The position numbers were made by a program, and so were the translations under genes. The notes beneath the pieces were generated by a model that was not told the DNA's origin, did no database searches, and worked only from the letters and a program-made list of their open reading frames with translations. This document shows positions 27,060-40,345 of a DNA stretch of 64,000 nucleotides, one piece after another (position 1 is the stretch's first letter; every line of letters begins with the position of its first letter). The DNA is taken from NCBI RefSeq assembly GCF_009914755.1, contig NC_060947.1; one strand, given 5' to 3'. Origin of the DNA: the human T2T-CHM13v2.0 reference genome, Homo sapiens.

Positions 27060-28084
27060 ATTATGTTGTGGCAATTCCTCTTAACTGCTAGAAACATAGA
27101 TGATGATGATGATGATAATCATAACCTATGATTTTAAATGATGGGAGTATGGAAATTGACTTGTTTATATCAACTGTCCAGACTAAGAGATAGAATACAT
27201 CTAAATTTCTTTTGCACTCCTCAAATGAACTTCTATTTGTTCTATTTGATAATAATAATTTGGACTTCTAACTCCATATCTACTGTCATATGAATAAATG
27301 GACACTGCTAATAATGAGGCAGCAGACTGAAGAGTCTGAAACTTAGAATGTTCTTCTATAGGTGAGGAAGTTCTATCTACTTCATACGATCTGGATTGCA
27401 TCAAATAGTTTGTGTGATCATTGTTTCTCTTTTTTCCCCTTTTATTTTCTTTTTATTTGACCAAAGACACAATTACTGAAAATCTGAAAAACTCCCTCTA
27501 AATGATATAAGCATAATCAGTAAGTCATATTAATCATAATGGTTCCTGTTGATTTTGAAGTTCAACTCTTGTTCAATTAATTTTTTCTGAAAAAATAAAT
27601 GATTATTATTTTTAGTTAAAATCAACTTTAAGACTAGCTTTTCTATGAAATAGTTTTTGTTTCTGATTTTAAAAGTTGTATGGTAGTATGGTAAAAATAT
27701 TTTACCAAAATACCTATGGTAAAACACTTAAAAGTTACAAAATCATTGATTAAAATAGAGAAACTACCAAAACAACAACTACATAGAGTTGGCTAGTCTC
27801 TATATCTAGACATCCCAGGAGACTTTAAGGCTGCTAAAATTAATTTTAAATAATTGGTAAAACTCTGTATATACTTATAAAATAAATATATAATAATCAA
27901 TTCCTCTTATCTGCATTGGCAATAACCATTTAATATGGAAATTGCCTAATAATACATCTAACAAGAAAGGTATAGAAGCTGTATGAAGACACCTTTAAAA
28001 ATTATTTTACAGAATGTAAAACAACCTTTAAAGGGAAGACACACTGTATTCACTTTTTTATTTACTTTAAAGTTGCTTTTTACT

Positions 28085-28510
28085 TTAACAAGTGCATTGA
28101 AAAAAATTAAAGCAATGCAAACATGTAAAAATAAAAGTGAAATTCCCTTACATCCCATTTCCCCCATTTCCCACTTCCAATGGTAACTACTGTTAACATT
28201 TGTTATATGTATTTCCAGGCCTTTTCATATGCATATATAAATTGTATGTATTATATACGTATGTGTCTGCAAAAATTTTACATCATAGGAATATACTGTG
28301 CATATTTTCTCTGCCATGTGCTTTCTTTACTTAACTAGTATACACTGGAACTGTTCCATATCATAATATATAGCTATTCTTTTAATGTCTATGAAAAAAT
28401 TACAAAGTCTGTATATGTAATAACATACTTTTAATGACATTTAGATTGTTTTAACTTCCTCACTAGTCAAACCATGTTAAAGAGAACATCTTTGTACACA
28501 AATTTGAACA
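28085..28510 (-). mobile_element. Old L1ME 3' fragment
   Basis: GGTAACTACTGTTAACATTTG...TTCCAGGCCTTTTC...GACATTTAGATTGTTT. Confidence 0.6.
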
Positions 28511-28737
28511 TTTATACTTTGTAAATAATATAAAGGAGACTTAGGGCTCCTAAGAATTCCTTATAAACATTTTAGAAAATAGTTCACGAGAAGACTTACG
28601 AAACTGAGGAGGTTTTGAACACCAGTAAATCTGATTTGTTTTAGAGATTACTGTGTTTACACAATATATTTAATATTTTAATTTTTTTCCTAACTTCAAT
28701 TTTCTGTGAGGCACAGAGAAAATGGTATTGAATGATT

Positions 28738-29735
28738 AAGAGCTTCTGCACAGCAAAAGAAACTACCATCAGAGTGAGCAGGCAACCTACAGAATGGGAG
28801 AAAATGTTTACAATCTACCCATCTGACAAAGGGCTAATATCCAGAATCTACAAAGAACTTAAACAAATTTACAAGAAAAAAATCAAACAACCCCATCAAA
28901 AAGTGGGCGAAGGATATGAACAGACACTTCTCAAAAGAAGACATTTATGGAGCCAACAGACACATGAAAAAATGCTCATCACCACTGGCCATCAGAGAAA
29001 TGCAAATCAAAACCACAATGAGATACCATCTCACACCAGTTAGAATGGCCATCATTAAAAAGTCAGGAAACAACAGGTGCTGGAGAGGATGTGGAGAAAT
29101 AGGAACACTTTTACACTGTTGGTGGGACTGTAAACTAGTTCAAACATTGTGGAAGACAGTGTGGCGACTCCTCAAGGATCTAGAACTAGAAATACCATTT
29201 GACCCAGCCATCTCATTACTGGGTATACACCAAAAGGATTATAAATCATGCTGCTATCAAGACACATGCACACGTATGTTTATTGTGGCACTATTCACAA
29301 TAGCAAAGACTTGGAACCAACCCAAATGTCCATCTATGATAGACTGGATTAAGAAAATGTGGCACATATACACCATGGAATACTATGCAGCATAAAAAGG
29401 GATGAGTTCATGTCCTTTTCAGGGACATGGAAGAAGCTGGAAACCATCATTCTGAGCAAACTATCGCAAGGACAGAAAACCAAACACTGCATATTCTCAC
29501 TCATAGGTGGGAATTGAACAATGAGAACACTTGGACACAGGATGGGGAACATCACGCACTGGGGCCTGTCATGGGGTTGGGGTGGGGGGAGGGATAGCAT
29601 TAGGAGATATACCTAATGTAAATGACGAGTTAATGGGTGCAGCACACCAACATGGCGCATGTATACATATGTAACTAACCTGCACGTTGTGCACATGTAC
29701 CCTAGAACTTGAAGTATAATAAAATAATAATAATT
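28738..29735 (+). mobile_element. L1PA (about L1PA5-7), 5'-truncated
   Basis: ORF2 C-terminal peptide (28916..29395, 159 aa, [18 protein letters not shown]), 3' UTR ending CCTAGAACTTGAAGTATAATAAAA and an A-rich tail. Confidence 0.95.
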
Positions 29736-29887
29736 ATTATGTGTCTGAAAGCTTTCTATTATATGTAATCTTACAGACAGTCCTAATTAATAGATTTTTG
29801 TTGAATGAATGAATGAAAACAAGGTGAAAGGAATTATACTTACTTGACCATTGCAATTATATATCTGAATTTACCTCTTGATTTTCC

Positions 29888-30000
29888 AGGATATGTAATA
29901 AAAAATATATATTTTTTGGCCTTTGTCCCCAGTTCCTGACACAGAGCCCCTGAACCTTTTGTAATTCCTGAGTGACAAGGGTGATATGAGTATCTTTTTT
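29888..30000 (+). mobile_element. MER21 5' fragment
   Basis: TAATAAAAAATATATATTTTTTGGCCTTTGTCCCCAGTTCCTGACACAGAGCCCC. Confidence 0.7.
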
Positions 30001-30011
30001 TGTAATCTTTC

Positions 30012-30145
30012 TTTTAAGTATATTTTTTAGAGATGGGGTCTCTTTATATTTCCCAGGCTGAACTCGGACTCCCAGCCTCAAGTGATCCTTTCACCTCAGC
30101 CTTCCAAGTAGCTGGGACTACAGGCACATACCACCACACCTGGCT
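30012..30145 (-). mobile_element. FLAM / Alu monomer
   Basis: Single antisense monomer TTTTAGAGATGGGGTCTC...CACCACACCTGGCT. Confidence 0.8.
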
Positions 30146-30234
30146 TTCATTTTATATGAAATGTAAATAATCCTCTAATTAATGAAGAACATTATTGAAG
30201 TTCTAATTAACATTTCTGTTATGTGTGTTGCTTA

Positions 30235-30543
<309 letters not shown>

Positions 30544-30559
30544 AATTGTTTTACTAGTT

Positions 30560-31770
30560 ATATGCATGAGTAATAGCCAAAGATTGGTCAAGCACATCAT
30601 CAAAAATAAAAATAGTGGCAGGAGGAACTTGCCTTGCCAAATATCTGTAAAGTTATATACTCAAAATAGTATTGACCCAAAAATAAACAGATTAGTGAAA
30701 TAGAATAAAAAGTACAGAAATGGACCCAAGTGAATGTGAAGACTTTATATTCATCAATGGTTTTATTCTAACTTAGTGGAAAATGGAGGGCTTATTTTAG
30801 TAGAAGTGTTTGCATAGCTGACTTTCCATCTGGAGGAAAAAGGCTAGATCCTTATCTTATACCATATATAAAAATTAATGCCAGATGAATTCAGAATTTA
30901 AATTTTAAAAATACAAATATGAAAACTGGAAGAATATTTGCATAATCTCTATAGTGAGGGTGAAAATTATCATCCTAAAGAAGAAAGGAATTTTGAAGTC
31001 ATAATGAAAAAAATCAGGAATATTTGAAAGCATTATGACACAAAAACAAAAAGCAAAAAGCATGATAAAAGACACTGTAAATGCAACTTAGAAGATGCAA
31101 ATTAAAATAAAAATTAAGCATAATTTCACTATGCCAAAACAACCATGACTTAAAGCTTTAAATGCAAATGCCTTTAGACTTAAACATTGACTCTTCCTGG
31201 GTCTTGAGCCTTCCCTCATCATTCAGACTAGAACTACACCATCAGCCCTCCTGATTCTCAGGCCTTCACACTCAAACTGGAACTACACTATTAGCTCTCC
31301 TGGGTCTCCAGCTTGATGACTGGAAATCTTGAGACTTGTCAGATTCCACAATAACATGAGACAATTCCTTAAAATAAATCTCTTAATCTCTCTATATATG
31401 CATCCTATTGGTTCTATATCTCTGGAGAACCCTCACTAGTACACAATTTGGAATCTTATACAGCTTTCAAAAAAGAATGAAATGGAGTCATGTTTATTGA
31501 CCTGAAGGATGTCCATAAGCTGTAACATAAAGCATATGGTATGATTCCACTAGTGTTAAAGCAAATAAAATAATAAAAATATACATGTGTGCACATGTAT
31601 GCTCATACATTCTTATATTTGAGTGGGCAGAGTAAAAAAGTGTGAATGGACTCACATCAGGCTGTGTACATTGGTTGCCAGGCTAATGGGGGAGCATGAA
31701 AATAGAATAAAGAGATTATTACATTTTTACTGGAATAGTTGTAGTATTTCATCAATTGTGGTAAGTTATG
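30560..31770 (+). mobile_element. Old L1ME fragments interrupted by MLT2
   Basis: A-rich ORF2-like sequence (GGAGGAACTTGCCTTGCCAAATAT, CTAGATCCTTATCTTATACCATAT). Confidence 0.6.
31175..31443 (+). mobile_element. MLT2B-like (ERVL) LTR, 3' half
   Basis: CTCCTGGGTCTCCAGCTTG...CCTATTGGTTCTATATCTCTGGAGAACCCTCACTAGTACA. Confidence 0.85.
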
Positions 31771-32364
31771 TTTATTTTAGTTTTTTGAGCTAAAATTCAC
31801 ATAATATAAAATTCACCATTTCAGCAATTTTAAATTGTACAATTCACTGATTTTTGGCATATTCATAATGCTGTACAAACATAACCAGTATCTAATTACA
31901 AAACATTTACATCATCACTAAGAGAAACCCTGTACCTCCCAATCCTCACTCCCCCTATCCCCTGATGACTACTGATTTGCCTTCTATCTCAATTTTGTCT
32001 CTTCTGGATATTTAATATAAATGATATACTATATGTGGCCCTTTGTGTCTGGTTTCTATAACTTAGCATGATGTTTCTAAGGTTCATTTATGCTGGAGAA
32101 TGTTTCAGTATTTCATTTTTTATGACCAAATAATATTCCATTGTGTGGACATATACCACATTTTGTTTACTTATTCATCAGTTGACACATATTTGAGTTG
32201 TTTCTCCTTTCTGGCTTCTGTATATAGTGCTGCTATGAACTTCCTTGTACAAGATTTTGTATGAGTATGTGTTTTATTTTTTAATTTCAGAATTCCTTCA
32301 ACTTTAATTGTGGAGGTAAGATCAGGCTGCACACATATTTTAAATTCTCTTGGATATATATACC

Positions 32365-32766
32365 TGTTATGGACCAAACTGTGTCCCCACAAAATTTATA
32401 TGTTGAAGTCCCAACTCCCACTGTACCTCAGAATGGGACCATATTTGGAAATAAGACGTTTAAAAAGACAATTGTGGTAATACAGGTGAGCCCTATTCCA
32501 ATCTGACTGCTGCTTTTATATGACGAGTGAGACATTAGAGTTTGGTGCACAGAGAAAAGGTCATGTGAGGATACAGAAAGAAGGTGGCCACCTACAAACC
32601 AAGGAGAGAAGCCTCAGGAGAAACCAAACCTGCTGGCACCTGGATATCAGACTTCCATCCTCCAGAACAGTGAGAAAATAAATTTCCATTGTTTTAGCCA
32701 CTCAGTCTATGGATACTTTGTTATGGCAGGTATTTCTTTATAGCTATGAAAGAGCAGCCTAATACA
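32365..32766 (+). mobile_element. MLT1B LTR fused to an MST LTR 3' terminus
   Basis: TGTTATGGACCAAACTGTGTCCCC...TTTGTTATGGCAG, then CAGGTATTTCTTTATAGC...GCCTAATACA (MST-type end). Confidence 0.8.
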
Positions 32767-34418
32767 TTGCCTAAACTAAGGTCAGAAGATTTACAGTTAT
32801 GTTTCCTTTTAAAAGTTTTGTAGTTTTCGCTATTATATTTGGGCATTTGATCCATTTTGAGTTAATTTTTGTATATTGTGTGACATAGGAATCTAAATTC
32901 ACTCTTTTGTATGTGGATATCCAATTGTCCTGGCACCATTGGTGGAAAAAAACTATCCTTTCCCCCACTTAATAATCTTAGTATTTTTGTCAAAAATTAA
33001 TTGACCAAGATGTATAGGTGTATTTCTAGAAGCTCAATTCTATTCCATTGTCTGCCTTTATGCCATATGTCTATCCTTATGCCAGTATCGTACTGCTTTA
33101 ATTACTGTAATGGCTTCCCAATTTTAAAACTTACTAGAAAGGTTTAAAATTGGTTAAGTGTGATCCCTTCAATTTTGTTCTTGTTTCTCAATATTGTTTT
33201 GGGTATCCAGGTCTCTTACATTTTTATATGAATTTTAGAATTAGCTTGTCCATTTCTGCAAAAAAAAAAGGCAGTTAGAATTTTGAAAGGGATTGCATTG
33301 AATCTGTTGGTAATTTGGTGTACTATTGCCATCTTAACAATATTAAGTCCTTCAGTCAATAACCACGGGATATCTTTCCATTATTTAGGACTTCTTCATT
33401 TCTTTTGCAATGATTTGTAGTTTTCAGTATACAAGTCTTGCCTTTCTTGGCTTAATTTGTTCTTAAGTAGTATATTATTTTTGATGCTATTGTAAATTGA
33501 ATTGTTTTCTTAATTTCACTTTCAATTTGTTTATTGCTAGTGTATAGAAATACAATTAATTTTTGTATTTAATACAAAATATTGACCTTGTATCCTGAAA
33601 CATGACTGAAATAAACTATTAGCTCTGTCAGAGTTATGACTGGTTGGTTGGTTGGTTTGGTGGATTATTTAAAGTTTCCTATATATAAGATTATGTCATC
33701 TACTAATATAGTTTTACTTCTTCTTTTCCAGTCCAGATGCCTTATATTTCCTTTTCTTGCCTAATGTATCTAGATAATATTTCCAGTACCATATTGAATT
33801 GAAATGGTGAGAGTAGACATCCTCGTCTTGTTTCTGTTGTTACAGGGAAAACTTTTAGTTTTTCACCATTAAGTTTGATGTTGTGAGTTTTGCATAAATG
33901 CTTTTCATCAGGTTAAGGAAGTTTCCTTCTATTCCTAGTTTGTTGAGTGTTTTTGTCATGAAAAGGTGTTGTATTTTGTCAAATGCTTTCTCTGCATCTA
34001 TTGAGATGATCATGTACTTTTAAACCAATTTTACATTTCTGAGATAATTCTCACTCATGGTGTATACTCCTTTTGGTATGCTGCTGACTTGGGTTAGATA
34101 GTGTTGTTGATGATGATTGCATTGATATTCGTAAGGGATATTGGTCTGTAGCTTCCTATTCTTTTGGTGTATTTTTCTGACTTTAGTATCAGGGTAATAC
34201 TGGCCATGTAGAATGGGTTAGAAAGTGTTCCCACACCTCTTTTATGTTTTGGAATAATTTTAGGATTGATATTAATTCTTCTTTTAATATTTAATAGAAT
34301 TTATCTATGAAGTCACCTGGCCTTGGGCTTTACTTTATTGGAAATTATTTGATTACTTACTCAATCTTTTTAGTTGTTATAGCAGATTTTCTATTTATTC
34401 TTGAGTCTGTTTTGGTAG

Positions 34419-34941
34419 TGATACAGTTCAGTACATGCTACCCCAAAACAGGACACCTTGGCATTTGACAAAACAGTTGAAGCAACAGAGTTGCTATCAC
34501 CTTCTCCTTGCCCCTTCTCTCCTGAAACAGGCCATAAAACCGAGCTGACTGTCTCTTGAAATAGGTCATAAAGCCATTCCAGAGGTACCCATCCTATACC
34601 TTAAGGAAAGGAATATACTTATCTCTGAAGACACAGGATGTAGAGAAGAATCTGTGCTAACAGGTGTTGCTAAGTTTCCCTCAGTTTATTACCATGGGAT
34701 CATACTAGTTTGCCCTCCAACCGTACTTCTGCATGACTATCCACTCTTTATCAATCCTAAGTATTAAAAGACATAGGTTTTCCTGTTTCTTTGGATCTTC
34801 ATTTCTGAAGCCTCCTATGTCACCTAAAACTTTTATTAAATAAATTTGCTATGCTTTTCTCTTATTAATCTGTCCTTTCTTGTATGGCACTCAGTTATGA
34901 ACCTAGCAATGGATTAGAAAATAAATCTTTTTTCACCTATA
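34419..34941 (+). mobile_element. MER39-like ERV1 solo LTR
   Basis: TGATACAGTTCAGTACATGCTACCCCAAAA...CACCTTGGCATTTGA...; TSD GTAG / ATAG. Confidence 0.85.
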
Positions 34942-35249
34942 ATAGTTTGTGTCATTTTAGGAATTTGTCCAATACATCTAGGTTATCTAATTCACTGGCA
35001 TATAATTATTCAAAGTATTTTTATGATCCTTTTTATTTCTGTAAAGTGAATAATAACATCCCCACTTTCATTCTCAATTTTAGTAATTTGAGTCTTTTTT
35101 CCCCCTTTGGTCCATCTAGCTCAAGGATGATCAATTTTTCATTTCTTCAAAGAACCAACTTTTCATTTAATTAATTTTCTCTATTATTTATCTATTCGGT
35201 ACTACATTTGCCGTCACTGTAATCTTTACTTTCTTTCTTCTTGATTTGG

Positions 35250-36385
35250 GTAACTCATCATACTTTCTTAGTTTTATGTGTGCTTCATTTTTTTTCCTGA
35301 AGATTGGACATTTTGAATGTTATAATGTGGAAACTCTGAAAATCAGATTTCCTCGCTTTCTGGGATTTATTATCATTGTGCTTGTTGTAGCTGTTTGTTT
35401 GTTAACTGACTTTTCTAAGCTAATATTGTAAAGTTTGTATTGTTTATCATGTGAGCCAATTTTGTAAAGTTTGTATTCTTTCTCATGTGAATTAATTTTG
35501 TAAAGTATGTATTTTTTATCACGTGTGCTCACTGAAGTTTGTGTTCCATTAGCTTAGTGGTCAGCTAATGATCAGACAGAGATTTCCCTAAAGTCTGGAA
35601 CCAAAAAATATCCCAGTCTTTGCATATTGGTTCTGGGGAAAAAGCATGCCTTCAACACTTAGCCAGGAAGTTTACAACTCTGCCTTAACCTTCATTACCT
35701 GTTTGCACAGGGACTCAAAGTCAACCAGAGATAAGAGCTTAGGACCTTCTCAGATCTTTCCTGAGCATGGGCAGAATCCTGGCATGCAGAGGGCTTTCCA
35801 TAATCCCAGGAATATATTGGAACTTTTCAAAGCCCTTATTCCCCCAAAACATCTCACTTTCCAGCCTTTCCTCACAAGCTTTTTGCTTAGTGTATTGTTT
35901 GCCCCACTGTTATCCATTGCCTCAGCAGCAAAGACCAAAACATTTATCTGTAAATGTTTTCAACAAATGTCTCCTGAGTTCAGGTTTTAGCACGTGTGAG
36001 TTCCACTCAGGCAAAATAAAGACAAATGTTTGAGTGGATCTCCCAGTAAACCACTTGACAGATCAACTAAGGATAATTTGTAAATGAGATCCATTGTCCT
36101 TCCTCCTATACAGATATTAGGAATGCAGTCTATTATTTTCAAGTCTACCACTGGGGAAGAGGGAATGGGATAGAGTAAGTTAAAATACCACAAAGCTCAC
36201 TGTTCTTCCTGAGATTTAGCTGTTTTACTTGAATAAATAGTACCTGAGTTACTACAGCTTTTGCTTAGTTTCCAATGTCCTGAAAAAGTTGGTTCTGACT
36301 GTTTTTGCCAGTTTTTCTTGATTTTTTTTGGAGAGTAAGACTTTTGAAGCTCCTTACTCTGCCATTTTTTGGTGACATCATTCCT
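35250..36385 (-). mobile_element. Old L1M (L1MC/MD-like) 5' region
   Basis: GGACATTTTGAATGTTATAATGTGG...CCTTACTCTGCCATTTTT, typical of antisense L1M 5' ends. Confidence 0.6.
35421..35528 (+). repeat. 36-bp tandem repeat x3
   Basis: Unit ~TAATTTTGTAAAGTTTGTATTCTTTATCATGTGAGC, three diverged copies. Confidence 0.85.
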
Positions 36386-37114
36386 CTGAAGATAAATTTA
36401 ATAAATAAAATGATGTATGTGCCTGGTAAAAATGAAAATTTAACAGAGTGTATATAAATTAGAAAGCAAAAAAAAAATCAATCTCAATCTACAGACATAG
36501 CCTACCTTACTAGTTTGGCTTATATTAGATATAAGAAATTGGTTTATATAAAAATATATGTGAAATTATTCATATGTATAGATATATCTATATACTTATA
36601 TATAAAAATAACTCGCTTTCTTTGCTGCCCAATATTCACCCACATAGATGTACCATAATTATTTTTTATGTTTTATTGATGGATACTTGTGTAATTTCTA
36701 ATTTTTTACTGTTACATATATATTACAGTAAACATCCTTATATGTACCTCTTTGAATTATTTTTGATAGATTACTAGAATGAAATGGCTCAACATGTATA
36801 TTTAAAATTTTTATCTATTATATCAAATTAATCTCAAACACTTTTTATCAATTCTACCCTCACAAAAATGTGATAGAGTGAACATTTCCTTGCCAACGTG
36901 AATTATTATTTTCATCTTAAAAATATACCCATCTCTTTGGAAAAAATATAAATTTCTGAGTTATTTTATTCTGCATTTCTCTGGTAAGGACTATAGTTTA
37001 ACGAGTTTTCATGTGCTTTGGGGCTTCTTTTTATACCTGTAACCAGTTTCTATCCCTCTCTCTTTTGAAATTAAATAACATTTTTCTTACATATTCTTGA
37101 TATTATTTCTTTGT

Positions 37115-37210
37115 CGTGTGTGTGTGTGGTGTACACGTGTATATACACACATGTGCATGCATGCATATATGCTTATATACACACATACATATATAAATAT
37201 GCATGTACAC
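37115..37210. repeat. Alternating purine-pyrimidine low-complexity tract
   Basis: Mixed TG/CA/TA repeats (GTGTGT...CATGCATGCATATATG). Confidence 0.8.
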
Positions 37211-37869
37211 TTATCTTTACAAGTATGAGGATAAAGAAAATTTTGGACATTTAAGGAGTTAGAAAGTTTGCAGTCCACAAAACCCTCTTTTAAAGCGACA
37301 TCTTCTTTCTCTACCTTTTCTTGAGGTCAATATCTTCCTCTCCCAAGATTTAGTTTTCATTTTGCTAAGCAAAGTAGCAAAACTTTTATTTCTCTTTAAA
37401 TATTTCCTAATGTATTGTGTCACAGAATTTAATATTAGTTTAGATTGAAAACTCCAGAGAATGTCAACTGGTTGCACATATGTGTGTACATGCGTTGTGG
37501 GGGAGGGGCATGGAGTGAAAAAAAGTGAAAGCATGACAACATTTTGTCGTGGATAGATATCATAAGTGATCAACTGTATTTTCCACATTTAAATATTAAG
37601 TAACATATATAATATTAATTTTATATGGATTAAAGTTTCAATTGAAATACAAAGGTACAATATGTTGAAAAGGAGCAGTGAACAAAAAGAAGTTGACAAC
37701 TCAACAAAATGCAGAAAATATAATAAGTTAAAAGCTAAAATATACTAAAAATAGAAATTAACACAAAGCTTGGGAAATGGGGAAAATAAACAAGATGTAG
37801 ACAGACTTATTTCTCCAATAAATGTATATAAACCCTCTGGGATGATGGGAAGGTTTTTCAGTTTTTAAA

Positions 37870-37958
37870 AAATATATATATTTTTGGTATATATATATAA
37901 ATAAATATATATCTTTATCACATTTAATATATAATATGTATATATTTTATATATATAC
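37870..37958. repeat. (TA)n-rich low-complexity tract
   Basis: Interrupted ATATAT runs. Confidence 0.8.
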
Positions 37959-38546
37959 AATTGAGTTTTTGTTTTCTGAATGCTTACCACTTTGTAACAT
38001 AATTCTAAAACTTTATTAACTAAACCACATAATCCTTCACACTTGCATTTGAGACGGGTAGAAAAAGCTAAACTTAAAGAAGCCAGATATAAAAGTAAAA
38101 GTGTATTCTTATAATCTTCAGGTAAGAAAGACATAGACATTAGAAAGGAAAAGAATGACTGATTTTATCAAATGAAAATTAAGAAAAAGTTCCATGCCCT
38201 CCAGAAAAAATACTTGGAAGGGTATGTTTGTTCTATATAACACATAGTGAATTAATATCAAGAAAATATAGATATCTTATACACTAACATGAAAAGGACA
38301 ATCAATACAAAAGTAAAAAATAAGTAAAAGGGAAAGAAATACAAATATTGTGTTAACACACTGCGAATTGCATACATTTGAATGAGTAGAAGCATGAAAT
38401 ATCATTACTTGCCCATCAGGTAAAACCTAAGAATTAGTGATGTCAAGAGTTAGCACATATTTGGGAAGTCAAACTTTCTCATATACTACTGGAAGTTGTG
38501 TAAATTGGCAAAATAATTTTATAGGGCCATTTAGCAGCAGCATGTA

Positions 38547-38839
38547 CAGTCAGCTTTTAATATCCATGGGTTTCATGCGCATCGATTCAACCAAATGTGG
38601 ATTCAGGAAAAAAAAATATTGCTTATGTACTGAACACGTACAGACTTTTTTTGTCATTATTCCCTAAGCAATAAATTGTAAAACTATTTACATAGCATTT
38701 ATATTGTGTTAGGTATTATAAATAATCTAGAAATGGCTTAAAGTATATGGGAGAATGTGGATAGGGACTTGAGCATCCGTGAATTTTGTTATCTGTGGGA
38801 GATCCTGGAACCAATCCCCTACAGATATAGGTATGATTG
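38547..38839. mobile_element. MER2 (TcMar-Tigger) MITE
   Basis: TA|CAGTCAGC...GATTCAACCAA...GGGACTTGAGCATCCGTGAATTTTG...GGAACCAATCCCC...GATTG|TA. Confidence 0.85.
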
Positions 38840-39404
38840 TAACCGTGTTTAGATATTATACTGCTATACCTGGTATCTATCCTGAGAAAAACTGAGAGCA
38901 CACAAGTGCACAAAGAGGCATGTAGAGATTAATTGTAGCACTTTTCTGAAAAATAATTTTGAAATATTGGAAACAAATTATCATGAGGGAATAATAAAAT
39001 AAGTTATAAAATGTTGATGCAATTGAATATATGCAGCAGCTATAAAAAGTTAAATAGATTTGTTTGTATTGACTGACAAAAAAACAAGTAGAAAATTATT
39101 CAGATAGCTAACCTCCCAAGCTAAATATCTAAATTTCAAATATTTAAATGAATTGACAAAAAGATGGAAGAATACCCATCAAACTTTTCAATGTTAAGGA
39201 ATAGAGCAGGAGTGAGGGAAAAGTTTGCTGTGTTTACTTAGCTATAGTAAAACAAATTACAAAGAAAAATTTTAAATGTAAAAATATTTTGAATAATTTT
39301 TAAATTTGGTAAAGTATGTAATGATTCTTAATGTTGCTATAAAAAAGTATGGTTTTCATACACAGATTGGTGCAATTCACATTTTGTGTCCATAATATTA
39401 GTTC

Positions 39405-40040
39405 ATAGAACTGGAATGGCCTGGGACTCAGGAGGCCTGGATTCTAGTGCTAACTTTTGCAAGTTCCTCACCTGCTCAGCTGTCATTCTATCATTTAAAG
39501 GGCATGGACTAGATGATCTTCAATGTCTAACAACCACTGATTCTGTGATAATCTTGAAATCAAACAAATGTATTGAAGGTATTTATTATGACTTTCATGT
39601 TCATAGATTCCATGTTTTGGGGAACCTTTCAAATTCAAGTTTTTTCCCCATTTTTTAATGAGCAGACTGATCACACCATATATCTGTCTTGGCAGAGGGA
39701 AATTGTCACCTTGATATAATCATCCTTAACAAAAAAGCTTGGGAAGTGGCTTACCTAGAATAAGATACTGGATAGATAATGCAGGTAGCAAAGTATAGTG
39801 AGAACATAACATAATTTAGGAGTCAGACAGGTGTATATCATCTGGAAGACCTTGAAAAAGCTATTGAAGGGATCTTAGCCTCATTATCCACATCTATAAA
39901 GTGGAGCTAATACTATCTATGATTATATTCCTCTATGTATAGTAATAGTTACCATTTTACTAGGCCCACGCTATATGACTGGCAACATATCAAGCACTTT
40001 ATACAATATCAAATTTAATTCTCATGATAAATCTTAACTG
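39405..40040. mobile_element. MIR/MIR3 fragments (~39405-39550 +, ~39780-39925 +, ~39940-40040 -)
   Basis: GGACTAGATGATCTTCAA; CATCTATAAAGTGGAGCTAATACTATC; TTTAATTCTCATGATAA. Confidence 0.55.
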
Positions 40041-40345
40041 TTGATGAAAGCCTAGTTACTTTGTGACTCATTATAGGAGAATGCTGATCTATTGTATGTA
40101 GGAGAACAGGCCTCTTATGGATGATGCCAGACCTCATTTTTGTTATCATGGGGATTCTCTGTGATATCCAAATACAGTTTATTGCAGTATATCAGTGTTT
40201 GTAGAATAATAATGTTCCTTTAGTGCCAAATAATGTTCCTTCAGGGCTAAATCTCATTCCTCTTGTTTTGTTTTAGAAACTTCCAATTAGGAGTCACTAC
40301 ACCAGCTCTTTTGTTTATACCTTTGCTTGGTATTGTAATATCTTC

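Larger units (their letters stand above)
31780..35240 (-). mobile_element. L1MB LINE-1 (3' end and ORF2) with nested MLT1B/MST and MER39
   Basis: 3' end TTTTGAGCTAAAATTCACATAATATAAAATTCACC; antisense ORF2 motifs; ORF 32771..32968 ([31 protein letters not shown]). Confidence 0.85.

Noticed and set aside
28732-29395. 159-aa ORF with a CCHC-like motif
   Set aside because: C-terminal piece of L1 ORF2p in a 5'-truncated copy with no promoter.
40207-40251. 21-bp tandem duplication (AATAATGTTCCTT...)
   Set aside because: Ordinary slippage duplication with no sign of function.
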